A stretch of 38,467 nt of DNA, from positions 1-38,467 of the IMG/VR virus record IMGVR_UViG_3300046048_000504. One strand, written 5' to 3'. Positions 15,972 to 26,800 of this stretch are shown here, piece by piece. A program made the position numbers and the translations under genes. Under the pieces are notes generated by a model. It was not told where the DNA came from. It ran no database searches and saw only the letters and a list, made by a program, of their open reading frames with translations. This DNA comes from a virus (taxonomy: Duplodnaviria > Caudoviricetes). Numbering within the stretch: the stretch's first letter is position 1; the number at the start of each line of letters is the position of its first letter.

Positions 15972-17675
15972 TCAGGTAGCCTGTGGGTCATCGGTTATAA
16001 TCGGACTGAACGACAGACCGGCAGACGTGAATTGAGTGTCCACGGAATATGGCTTTGTCCCATATCTCCGGACCACCGTCCTCACATCGAAAGCCGATCC
16101 ATAAATGATGTTGTCCGACTGTTTGGTTGTCGCATCCACATCTGCAGCCTCCAGATCGAGCAGTGGAACATAAAAGTCTCCAGTCTCACCTGTTGGATCA
16201 GGAGAAACACCCGTAAAAGTGTCACCACTGAAAGCAGTGTAATCATACCGGGTATCTCCGATCCTCAACACACCGGACTGAGGAGTCTTATTAATGTTGA
16301 TTGAGGCAGTCGCCTGAATTGTGGTCGTGGTCACTGCGTCGATCGTATATTGATCCTTGATAATGGCACTTCCGGAAATCTCAGCAACATAAATGGTCAC
16401 AGAGCCGTCTCCGGAAACATCACCTTTCAGGTCAGCGTGTGAACAGATCACTTTCTGATAGTTCGGAGGAGCCTGTTCAACACCATTTGCGTCGATCAGT
16501 ACAAAGTCAGCAGAGGCATAATCCAGAACCCAAACACCCTGACCACCATAGAAAGTCGTCCCGGCCAGCGTTCCGAAAGGAGCTGTTTTGATTTCAGGAT
16601 AGGTCCCCTCGTCACAGGAACGATATTCCTGTCCTGAGTCTCCATTGATCGTTTCGGCTGTTCCGTAACGGGTGACATACTTTGTCCAAGCGTATGTCTC
16701 GGCCATGGTATGAGCGTTGCAGTCGATCTGAGCGTCATAAGGCTGAGAGCCGTTTCCGTTGTTCAGGTCGTATGAATAGGTCCCGAACGCAACTGTAGGA
16801 GTGTAAGCCGTCACAATGGCCGTGGTGCTGGTAATGGTTGCGCTTGCGTCACCTGCAGACTGGAGTTCCCTGTCACTGTATTCCTGCAGGGTGTTGGTGC
16901 CTGTAAAGTCTCCTCCTCTGACTCCGGTTACATAAATATTCGATCCGACCACTCTCCGGATTTTACCAACAGCACCGGTTGTCGTATCAGTTACGAAACT
17001 CAAAGGAGTAAAGGTTCCACTTACACCTGAAACGGTGATATAAAGTTCCTCTTTTTCCTTCAAGCCGGGGTCAACAGCCGTGTTGATACCGACAGGGTTC
17101 CGACCACCTCCGGAGAGGTCAACAAAGTTATGGTCGTACAGGTCCCCGTATTCACGGGCATACATCCAGAGTCCTCCATTGGTGGGTGTTCCGGTGGTGT
17201 CCTCCGACTGAATCCATGAGCCGGTGTCCTTAACCAGTACCAGAATGTCAATGTTTCCAGTGATCCACCAAGGGGTCACCTCAGCGTCGTTCTGAATCAT
17301 GTAAAGCTGGGTCCCACTGGTCTGAGTACCGATAGAATAGAGGTTAGCCCAAAGGCTGTCGGCTGTCGAGGTTCCTGATCCTGATGGGTCCTCGATTGAT
17401 CCTCCTTTCAGGTATTTATAGTCATCAGCGTGTCCGAATGTCCAGCCATTGAGCCATTTATACACTGTCGGAGTGTCCGACTGAATGGCATAGTCATCGT
17501 CCATTTGCGCTGTGACGGCAAATGTTGTGGCCAGCCATTGAAAAAAGTCGATAACGGGACCGACATAAGTGTCGTCCCCGTAAACTGCAGGTACGTTGTC
17601 ACCGGTGCCGGAGTCATCGTTCGTGACCGTTTTGGCATCGTAATCAATCGACCAATCTGCACTGTTAAAAGCCAT
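15972..17675 (-). CDS. putative virion appendage protein (567 aa)
   Basis: Thr/Gly/Asp-rich beta protein in the tail region; C-terminus VRRYGTKP...ITDDPQAT. Confidence 0.65.
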   Translation of the reverse strand: MAFNSADWSIDYDAKTVTNDDSGTGDNVPAVYGDDTYVGPVIDFFQWLATTFAVTAQMDDDYAIQSDTPTVYKWLNGWTFGHADDYKYLKGGSIEDPSGSGTSTADSLWANLYSIGTQTSGTQLYMIQNDAEVTPWWITGNIDILVLVKDTGSWIQSEDTTGTPTNGGLWMYAREYGDLYDHNFVDLSGGGRNPVGINTAVDPGLKEKEELYITVSGVSGTFTPLSFVTDTTTGAVGKIRRVVGSNIYVTGVRGGDFTGTNTLQEYSDRELQSAGDASATITSTTAIVTAYTPTVAFGTYSYDLNNGNGSQPYDAQIDCNAHTMAETYAWTKYVTRYGTAETINGDSGQEYRSCDEGTYPEIKTAPFGTLAGTTFYGGQGVWVLDYASADFVLIDANGVEQAPPNYQKVICSHADLKGDVSGDGSVTIYVAEISGSAIIKDQYTIDAVTTTTIQATASININKTPQSGVLRIGDTRYDYTAFSGDTFTGVSPDPTGETGDFYVPLLDLEAADVDATTKQSDNIIYGSAFDVRTVVRRYGTKPYSVDTQFTSAGLSFSPIITDDPQAT

Positions 17676-17694
17676 GAGAATAGAGTTTTTAAAT

Positions 17695-19284
17695 TTATGT
17701 TTGTTGCGGATCAGTTATGAGTGTAACCGGAATATCCTTGGTCCCGGAGGCCGGAACGTCGGCTGTTGCTCTCCATGGTTTGTACCCATATTTCCTAACC
17801 CTCCATGTTGCTCCTGCTACTGCACCACCCGTCCAAGCGGTCGAAGCGATTCCCGTTGTTGCGTTCGTGGTGGTGTTCATTATAAAAGGTGTAATATTAT
17901 CGTCGTCAATATAAGCATAGGCAGTCCCGACAGGGTCCCCCTCCTCGTCCTTAACGGTCAGAGAAAGTGTTGCAGACCCCTGAAAATTAACTAACGTTCC
18001 GGTGTATGAACTGGCATCTGATATACCTGACAAGGTCACTGTGATTGTGGAACCAGACGTGTTATTAACATCGTATGTGTTTCCGGAAAATGTCAGGTTT
18101 GAATATGTGAAAGGACTGCCTGTTGCAGAGGTATGTTCGACAGCAGCTCCCGTTGTGTTGGCTATGAATTTACAGTTCACAATGTCGATTGAGCTGTTCC
18201 ACACCAGAGAGGCATCTGTAGCAATAGTCTCAGCCCACGTGCAATTCCTTGCGACCACGGCCCCTATATCCACCTGACCACAAGCCTGAAAGGTCACTCC
18301 TGCCAGCACATGACTCGTATCTGATCCGAATGTTATTCCCTGATCAATTCCCACGAATTTCGTTCCATACAATGTCAGAGCGTCAACATTTGAATCACTT
18401 AAATTCATTGTCACCTGTGGCCCTGCACTGAGATAAGTTGAACCCGCTCGACCGGTTATGGTATCTCCACTCCCAACAGCCACACCGTCAATAAATGTAT
18501 TTGTGCCTGTCGAATTACCGACGGCTGTCATATTATAACCGGCAGCTCCAGAATCCATAAACACAACTGTCGCTCCAGAATCCTTAAAATATGTCGTGGT
18601 TGTACCTGTGTTGTCACCGAAATTTATATCTCCCTGAACACCATAAACTCCCGGTTGGTATTCCATCACAACTCCATAGGCTTTGGAGGCAGAAGTGCTA
18701 CCATCGTCGGCAGCGATCTCAGCCCAGATTCCTGGGTCACCGGATGTTCCTCCTTTAATATTCAGTCCTGTCCCATGACGGGCTATATCCACAAAGCAGT
18801 TTTCTGTGCCTCCGAGCGATTTGGCCAGCGTTTTGAATCCCACACCAACCTGAGTGATAGCCGTCCAGCTCATTGATCCCTCACTACCTGCGACGGTTGC
18901 TTTCCCGGACGGGAGATTGTTGGCATCGAGCATATAACAGGTCCACCCCAACACATTGAAAGCAGGGATATAATCGCTCCCACCAACATAATAGGCCATC
19001 CTATTCGTACCATCACCAATCAGAATCCGCACCCCTCCATTTGCAATAGTGTCCATCTGACCCCTTGGCGACATCCATATATAGATTTTTCTGGCTGTGG
19101 AATCGAATGAAGTGACAGTAATATAACCCTGAACGGTCGCATTGGAAACAACAATACCATTGCAGTTCGTTCCCTCCCTCTGGAACCCTGCGAACGTATC
19201 GGAAGTCATACCTGTCCAACTAATTATAGAATCGGCATCCCATAATTCGGTCATTGTCTCGGATGGTGTGATACTTACTGCCAT
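17695..19284 (-). CDS. putative virion appendage protein: jelly-roll-like N-terminus, beta-helix-like middle, Ig-like C-terminus (529 aa)
   Basis: IYIWM...GGVRILIGDG...GWTCY...AITQVGVGF; periodic xTF/xKF strands; C-terminus LTVKDEEGDPV...VRKYGYKP...LITDPQQT. Confidence 0.65.
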   Translation of the reverse strand: MAVSITPSETMTELWDADSIISWTGMTSDTFAGFQREGTNCNGIVVSNATVQGYITVTSFDSTARKIYIWMSPRGQMDTIANGGVRILIGDGTNRMAYYVGGSDYIPAFNVLGWTCYMLDANNLPSGKATVAGSEGSMSWTAITQVGVGFKTLAKSLGGTENCFVDIARHGTGLNIKGGTSGDPGIWAEIAADDGSTSASKAYGVVMEYQPGVYGVQGDINFGDNTGTTTTYFKDSGATVVFMDSGAAGYNMTAVGNSTGTNTFIDGVAVGSGDTITGRAGSTYLSAGPQVTMNLSDSNVDALTLYGTKFVGIDQGITFGSDTSHVLAGVTFQACGQVDIGAVVARNCTWAETIATDASLVWNSSIDIVNCKFIANTTGAAVEHTSATGSPFTYSNLTFSGNTYDVNNTSGSTITVTLSGISDASSYTGTLVNFQGSATLSLTVKDEEGDPVGTAYAYIDDDNITPFIMNTTTNATTGIASTAWTGGAVAGATWRVRKYGYKPWRATADVPASGTKDIPVTLITDPQQT

Positions 19285-19691
19285 GATTTTTTGAATCTAT
19301 CGTATAAAACAATCGAGGCCGTGTGAATCCCTTGCATGAGTCCGGAGTCTCTGGGAGTCTCAATTTTCAATGATATATCAAGCCCCTCCCTCAATAACGA
19401 ATTTAAGTTCACCCCGCTTTTCCCAAATAGGTACAGAGCATTTTCAGGATGGACAAAATCGTCCAGTGCAACATCTCCATTTTCATGCAGAAATATAACG
19501 GTTAAATCCTTATTTTCCTCAATGACATCACACATGGTTTGCTTTTCGGAGAGGTATTGATTCAAAATACCGGACACAGGGACCATGTAAAACTGATCGA
19601 CAAGGAACTCCCTTGCAAGCAATTCCCATACGTTCACTTCCATCAGTGGAGCGTTCCATGTTCGTTCCCACATTCCTGCTATTTTGATCAT
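19275..19691 (-). CDS. minimal SPOUT (SpoU/TrmH-fold) methyltransferase-like protein
   Basis: LDDFVHPENALYLFGKSG and SLKIETP...TASIVLYDR align with SPOUT knot motifs 2 and 3. Confidence 0.7.
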   Translation of the reverse strand: MIKIAGMWERTWNAPLMEVNVWELLAREFLVDQFYMVPVSGILNQYLSEKQTMCDVIEENKDLTVIFLHENGDVALDDFVHPENALYLFGKSGVNLNSLLREGLDISLKIETPRDSGLMQGIHTASIVLYDRFKKSWQ

Positions 19692-20359
19692 TTCAATAAC
19701 TCTTTTACAAAATTTGATTGTGCCTCATTCAAATCAAAGTGTTCCATGTAATATTCCAGAACCTCCGGCTTTGACTGCAGGTATCTCTGATAATATGATC
19801 CCTCCTCAGTCAGAAACCATTTCCACCGGTTCAAGACATCCATTTGCCTCCCGTTGTCCTGATATTTATACCCGTCGAACGAACTCCCAGCCCCTCCATT
19901 GGGAACCACATCGAGGGTCCGCTCATTGTAATCTCCATTGATCAACAGACAAATCCCTTTCCGATATTCCATACTTTGTACGAACTGATCATACAAAAGG
20001 GTATATTTTGTCCCAACATAATTCGTCTCATTGAAAGCCTCTTTGCAAATTTCCATCCACACGTCGTACAGCTTAATGACTCCCTTTTCGTGGTGTGCGT
20101 TCCCACGGCCAATCATATACTTGGTCCATGAGGCAGTGAAATTCAGATAGTCCCTGACCTGAATAAAGGCAATGACCTCGTCTCTCTCATTTGGCGGGAG
20201 TCCTCTGAACACCCGATGTCTGACACGGGCATCATATAATTTAGGCTCCACAGCCTCAAACTGATGAACTTTTTCGTCCTTCCCAATCCATGAGCGGAGC
20301 ATTTTGGCCGTCCAGTTGTGGCCACTCCGAGAGGGTGCTAATAGTACAATGTGTCTCAT
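19688..20359 (-). CDS. PAPS-dependent sulfotransferase family protein
   Basis: 5'-PSB-like loop APSRSGHNW, 3'-PB-like motif IQVRDYLNFTASW, plus LLYDQF and GAGSSFDG. Confidence 0.75.
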   Translation of the reverse strand: MRHIVLLAPSRSGHNWTAKMLRSWIGKDEKVHQFEAVEPKLYDARVRHRVFRGLPPNERDEVIAFIQVRDYLNFTASWTKYMIGRGNAHHEKGVIKLYDVWMEICKEAFNETNYVGTKYTLLYDQFVQSMEYRKGICLLINGDYNERTLDVVPNGGAGSSFDGYKYQDNGRQMDVLNRWKWFLTEEGSYYQRYLQSKPEVLEYYMEHFDLNEAQSNFVKELLK

Positions 20360-20815
20360 TTAATAAATATCTATCCAGTGTGAATTGTCGTAACTAACCA
20401 AAACCTGATCATAGGGAACACTGTAAAACGGTCCTGACCCGTCCACTACTTTCGTTGAATTTATGGACACCGTTCCGGTTGCCACACTTCCGGTATGAGT
20501 CGGGCTACCCATATACATGAACTTATAATACAGCGTTTCGCTCTGGGTGTTCGTCTGGGAATGATTGTCCACGGTGAAACGTGGGTAATCAGTTGGTGGA
20601 GTCCCCTGAATCGAATAACTGATAACCTCCAGATATGCGTTCCCTACCACCAGCCAGTCATAATCCGCTCCATGCCACTGATTACAGTTGTACGGTGAAC
20701 TATTCTCGAAAATAAGACCAAATGTTTCCCAGTCCTGAGAACCACTTGGAGTCCCCGTTCCTCCCAGCTCCTCATATCCGTCCAGTGCCGATATTTCTCC
20801 GCTTTCAGGTAACAT
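20360..20815 (-). CDS. putative fibre-tip adhesin
   Basis: N-terminus LPESGEISALDGYEELG, a motif typical of genes directly after chaperone-bearing tail fibres; beta-rich C-domain. Confidence 0.5.
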   Translation of the reverse strand: MLPESGEISALDGYEELGGTGTPSGSQDWETFGLIFENSSPYNCNQWHGADYDWLVVGNAYLEVISYSIQGTPPTDYPRFTVDNHSQTNTQSETLYYKFMYMGSPTHTGSVATGTVSINSTKVVDGSGPFYSVPYDQVLVSYDNSHWIDIY

Positions 20816-23800
20816 CAGGTCAGTAATTTATTGAGTTTATTTTCCAGTTCAGCCATTTTTTCCCAGAGTAAAGTGTTCTCCTCCTCCAGTTCCTTGATTG
20901 CAGACGTGTTCAGAGCTGCCAGAGCGTTTAATTTTATTCCAAATTGATCCTTTTCCTTATCATAATCAATGGCATGAGGGAAAACCTCTCCGAGAGCCTG
21001 AGCCGACATACCATAACTTGCTCCAGCCTCCGGATCAGATTTCAGTTCATAAATGAATGTGTCGAGATGTCTATATTTTGGCAGGACCGGCCCAATCTCT
21101 CCCAGCACATTTTTACCCCTGATGTCGGAATAAGCATAAATATTTCCAGTGGCATAAATAGTCCCGGACACATATAAATTGTATGTTCCACCGACCGTAA
21201 CATTACTGTATTTAGCAATATCTCCGCTTGTGTTTGTATAGAGAATCGTACTTGATCCGGCAAGGTGATCGACCCTGAGATTATTGGTATTGAGCCTCAC
21301 ATTTCCTGCTGAGGGATAGTCAACCTGAATCTCCGATGCGTATGTCAAAGAGCTGGTTCCTGACCATTGAGCGATATAACCACTCGATCCGGTTCCGGTC
21401 ACCGTTCCGGTTCCAAACGATAGGTTTGACTGCATATAAGTCTGGAGCTGGGTAATTGTAGCCTCTCTGATTCCCACTCCTGAATCATGTATGATAAAAC
21501 TGTCGGCTGATGCAATGGAGCCAATCGCTGCGAATCCAGTAACAAATGTTGAGGAACACATACCCGAATCAATCGCTCCAGATGTAATGGTTGTCGAGGT
21601 CCCTGTACTGGTAACGTCACCGGTCAGATTCCCGGAGGTTAAATTGGAGGACGTTGTGAAATAAGCCAGTTGAGGAGAGGTCCCACTCCCTGTAATCGTC
21701 CCAGTTCCGAATGTCAGGTTCGATTGCATATACGACTGAATGACTGAAATATCCATCCTGTTCAGGACTCCTCCATTCGATACCAGCAGCTCGTCGGTTG
21801 ATACAAGTCCGGAGGTCATGGCTGTTTTTCCTGTGATTGCAAGTGCGGCCAGCGTACAGGTCAGTCCACTGGAGGTAATGTCCCCACCCAGAGTCCCGGA
21901 GGAGAGAACGGTTGTGTCTGTAAAATAAGCAACTTGACTCGTCGTTCCCGATCCGGTGATCGTTCCAGTACCGAATGACAGATTGCTCTGCATATAAGAT
22001 GTCAGGACAGACAGGTCGATCCTACCAAGGGCTGCAGTTGAAACGTCATTGATCAGAAATTCATCTGTGCTTTGGAGACTGGTCACATTCGTTTTTCCTG
22101 TGATCAGTGCGACTGCAGCCGTACAGGTGGACCCACTGGAGGTAATATCTCCACCAAGTTCTGTCTGAGTCACTGAGTCTGTACCATTCCAAATGGTCAG
22201 AAAGCCTGATGTTCCCGAACCTGTGATATATGACCCCTGACAGTAATCAGCGATATATTGAGCATTGATAGCCCTCAGACCCGTCTCTGATGCGTCGTAA
22301 ATCAGAAATTCGTCCGTCGCTGCCAGAGCGGTGATATTGGTTTTCCCTGTGATCAGAGCATTAGCAGCAGTAACCGTCAACCCGGATGTCGAAACATCTC
22401 CTGTCAGGTTTCCTGAACCCATCTCACCGGTCGCATTTGCTTTGACAAGGTGATCAGCCGAACCTGTCAGAGCGGTGAATTTTGCCGTCCCTGTGGCATA
22501 GAAGTTCAGGACGGTGATCAACCCACTGGCCGGAGTATAAAAAGCAGCTCCTCCTGAATCGGCTATTGTGGTTCCACTATCCCAATAGGCAAGGTCATAG
22601 GTCGTCGGACTGCCTGAGATAGCTGCAAACCCGGTTATGGCATGGGTATGGGTGGTCCCGGAGGCTGAGTTCGTGGTCGCTGCTGTCAGCGTCGAGGGTG
22701 TTCCCATGACGATTGACCCGGACGTGGTAATCTCAGTGAAGTTCATCCCGGCACCGGAAGTGATTGAGGTTACCGATCCGCTTGGAATTGTTGTAGCTGA
22801 AAGGGTCCCGGACGCATCTGCAACAACCATCCTCGATCCGGTCCCTGCCAGATCACCCAGCGTCGCACCACCGGAAAGGTCAATGTCGTCACCGTAAATA
22901 TTGTCGTACCTGTTTCCACTTGCTCCAAGGCTCAATCCGAGCGTTGTATTGGGATAAAGTGAAGCACCTGTCAGAACCAGTTCAGTCGTTCCATTGATAT
23001 GCCACTGATGGGTATTGTTGTAAACTGTCCAGACATCGTCCATCGTCCCATCGTCTGCAGAAACAGCAATAGTCATTTTGCCCCGGTCGTTATCATTGTA
23101 CCGTTCTACCTCAATAGAGGCAATCATTTTATTGGTTTGCGCTGCTGCAGCATTATGCCACGAAATCCCTCCAACCGTCGTGTCTGATATTTGATACCCG
23201 ACCACCTCGATCCAGCCTGTTGAGGTTGAGCTGGCCGATCCAACGACAATCTCATGGGTATATGAGAAATATGGAGATGTCGGAGTCCCCACCATCAGGT
23301 CATATCCGTTAAATTCAAGATTGTCCTCTGAGACGACCGTCGAGGAGCTGCCGTATGTAGCCACTCCATTTGCGTTCGTTCCGGACCATGACAATCCTCC
23401 TCCCGACGGTGTGATCCATTTCAATCCGGTTGTTTCTGATGAATCTGCAGACAATATCTCACCATCTGAGCCAATGGGTAACCGTGTGTCGGCTGTTGAA
23501 TAAACCCAAATATCTCCCTTTGTGGTCAGTGGTGAAGTCAGGCCGGAGCTGACCGATCCATACGAAACCTCCTTTGTGGTGGTATTATAATACAGGGCTG
23601 ATGTCTCACTTGCATTGGTGATTCCCTCCAGCTTAACAGGTCCATTACCATGAATAGCCCAATTTGTAGTTGCTCCACTCGCTGCAGCATAGACTCCAAC
23701 ATTCAAGGCTGGAGTGGAGCCGGTTGCGGTGAAATATCCAGCATAATAACTACCTGTCCCGGTCGATGGATTGGTATAACCGTAAACAGCCCTTTCTGTT

Positions 23801-26800
23801 CCGCTTGAATCTTTGGTGACCTGTCCCAAAATTGAATATGTTGCCGTTCCACCATCCCTGACAACAGTGATTGTGGCTGCTGTCATTGCTGCAACGTTAC
23901 TATTAGAATCAGTCATTCCAATTATCCCATCCTCAACCAACATTCCGGGTTTACTGTAAATAACATTGTCGTCAATAGTGATAACAGCATCATTGGTTGA
24001 ATTGTAAAACGTCATGTTATTATTTGACGAATCAATAACAATTCGCTGGGTTGATCCACCTGAACTCTGCAGGGTTGCGCTGGTCATGGTCGCATTTCCA
24101 CCATGATCGACCCTGAAAGGAGCTGTTGCCCTGTTTGCGTATGTAGACCCCAGCCATAAACCAATATCTGTGGTCCCAGAGCTGGTCGTTCCACTGATCC
24201 CTCCCTGTTGTGTGGTGTCATTTTGAACAACCAGACGGCCAGTGGTGACCAGCCCACCATCTATGATCGTCTGAGTGACATCGGCCACATCGAGGTCCCA
24301 GTCAACACCATCCCACCGGTGAATTTTCCCGGTGTCTGTATTGTACCACAGATCACCCACTCCCTCAGCCGTGGGATAGCCCTCAGAGGTATAACTCTGG
24401 ACAAAGGTGGTCACTTTCCCATCTGCCGTCGCCTGAGCGTCTGCAGCATCAGCGAGAGCCTGTAAAGCGTCATTAACTGTATAGAGGACCCATGCAGCCC
24501 CGGAATAAACATAGGCCGTGTTGTCGTTCCCTGTGTCGATCCAAATATCTCCCTCAGACATTCCCGTTGTAGGCTCTGTCCCATCATAGAAAACAATGGC
24601 TTTCCCGTCGGCTGTCGTCTGAGCGTCCTGAGCTGCATTGATAGCCTCTGCAATCTGAGAGTCAGGACTCTCCACCCATGCTCCGGTGTCGTAAACATAA
24701 ATCCTGTTCGCTCCTCCCAGCGTCTCAAACCAAATATCACCCTCGTCCATTCCGGTCGTCGGCTCATAATCCTGATAGAAAGCTGTGATTTTACCGTCGG
24801 CTGTTGCCTGAGCATCGGCAGCGTCCGAGAGTGCGTCGATAGCGTCCTGACTGGTCAGGCTGATCCATTGTGATCCGGTCCACATATAAGTCAGACCATC
24901 CGTGTCCACCCAGAAATCACCAATATCCATTCCGGTCGTCGGTTCTGTGGTCTGGTAAAAGGTTTGAACTTTCAGGTCTGCCAATGCTGCAGCAGCAAGG
25001 GCCTCCGCATTATTCGTTTCGGTCCATGACCCGTCATAATAGACATAGACCTTGTCATTGTCATCCGAGTCGATCCAGACATCACCCTCAACCATTCCAG
25101 AGGTCGGAGCTGTGGTCTGCCGATAGACCGTTTTTCCCATGGCTGCGGTCAGGTATGCCTCCAGTGCATCAATCACCGTTGCAGCTATCCACCCGGACCC
25201 TGTATAGTAGTGGACAATGTCGTCGTCGTCAACCCAAAGGTCACCCACCTGCATACCTGTTGTCGGCTCCGTAGTCTGGTCCCATACTTTGACCCTCTCC
25301 TCATACTTGTCATATTCGTCACTATTGATCTCCTCCAGCGAGGTCGGAATATCGGAAATATTTGTATATCCACTGGACCCAGACTCGAATGTGATTGCTC
25401 CTCCGATAGTTGAATTGTTCAGGTCGAAATAGGTGTTCCCGTCGATGGATTCGATTTTACCGGTGGTAATGAACCCACCATTGATCTGTGTCATCCCATA
25501 GGAGAGGGAGATGTCCCTGTAGCCATTGGCTGAGGAGTGCAAAACCCCGACCATGAAATTCCAGTGCGTCGTCCCGTCCACATCCCTCTGAGCGGTATCG
25601 ACCAGAACCATGTTGGTTGCGTCGGTGTAATTCGTTTTGTGGCAGTAAGCATAAATGTAATATGCCTGTCCTGCGGTCAGCCCGGTCTGGACGTTTGCGT
25701 TCAGGGTCCATGTGACAGGACCGGTTTCGTCAATGGTGAAATGGATCAGCCTCCCGGCAGAGGCAGAGAATCCGGTGTCCGTCCCGTTGTAGTTCGCATC
25801 CATGGTACATTCCAGCGTGAAAGCGTACCATTTGGACCCCACGGTCAGCATGAGGGTTTCAATCGAGAGCGGTTTAATGTTCTCCGGATCGAAATAGCCG
25901 GTCCCATCGAAAATAAGGTGCTGCATTTCCAGAATCGACCTGTAACCAACCATCATGTCCGTTTGGTTGAAGTCGTTCATGGAAAGGATTGTGTCAATCC
26001 GCTCCTCCTCCGCATAGAGTCGCTGAATGATTGTGGGTTCAAGGTCCTCCGAGAGAGTCAGTTTCATGGCTCCATCCCTTGTCAGATCATAGTCGATATT
26101 GGTGATCCGAATAAGCCTGTTGACATTTATGTCCGAGTCAACCAGTGTGACAGCGTCCCCAATCACATAGCTCAGAGCGTGTTCTTTGGCATATTCAGGG
26201 TCAACCTCAATGGTGTATCTGACCCGTGGCTCGTCGTTCTGTTCGATATATTCGACTGCAGCGTCATACAATTCACCCTCTGCTGCGGTGACATAGCTGG
26301 AGGGCATTTCGATTTGCAGGATCACAAACTCGTCTCCGACGGCTGGCCTGATTCCTGAATCTGTCGGAACGACATATCCCTGCTGGTCCTGATTCTGAAT
26401 GATGGTGAACTGTCTTTCACCAACGGCTCCTCCGGTGTGGACATAACCGTCATTTTTGTCCAGAGTGAACTCATACCCGGCACAATTCCCCGTGTTGAAA
26501 TGAACTGTGGCCTCCACACCCGAAATGAGGTACGAATTAACGTCAAAATCCATCGTACTGCAGCAGAACTGGAGTGCAGTGCCAACTGAGGTGACAAGGC
26601 CCGTAAATCGAGGATAAATGTCGTCAAAGGTTTTTGTGGCCTCGACCAGTCCGTATGTGGAGACATTCGACTCGACATAGTGTGATCCGGGAGCTGCGAA
26701 CATGAGCCTCCGGGTGAACCGTCCACCTGTTAGAGCGTACCCACCCTCATACGCTGTCAGCTCGTTATGCTCGATCTGAGCATCGTAAAGGATTGCGCTT

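Noticed and set aside
20335-20347. GTGCTAATAGTAC resembling the operator palindrome
   Set aside because: The spacer is 1 nt rather than 2, it has a mismatch, and it lies in coding sequence with no promoter; likely chance.
25537-26358. 273-aa plus-strand ORF and other plus-strand ORFs (e.g. 8661..9467, 33530..34186, 37615..38169)
   Set aside because: They are antisense shadows of well-supported minus-strand genes and have no recognisable motifs.
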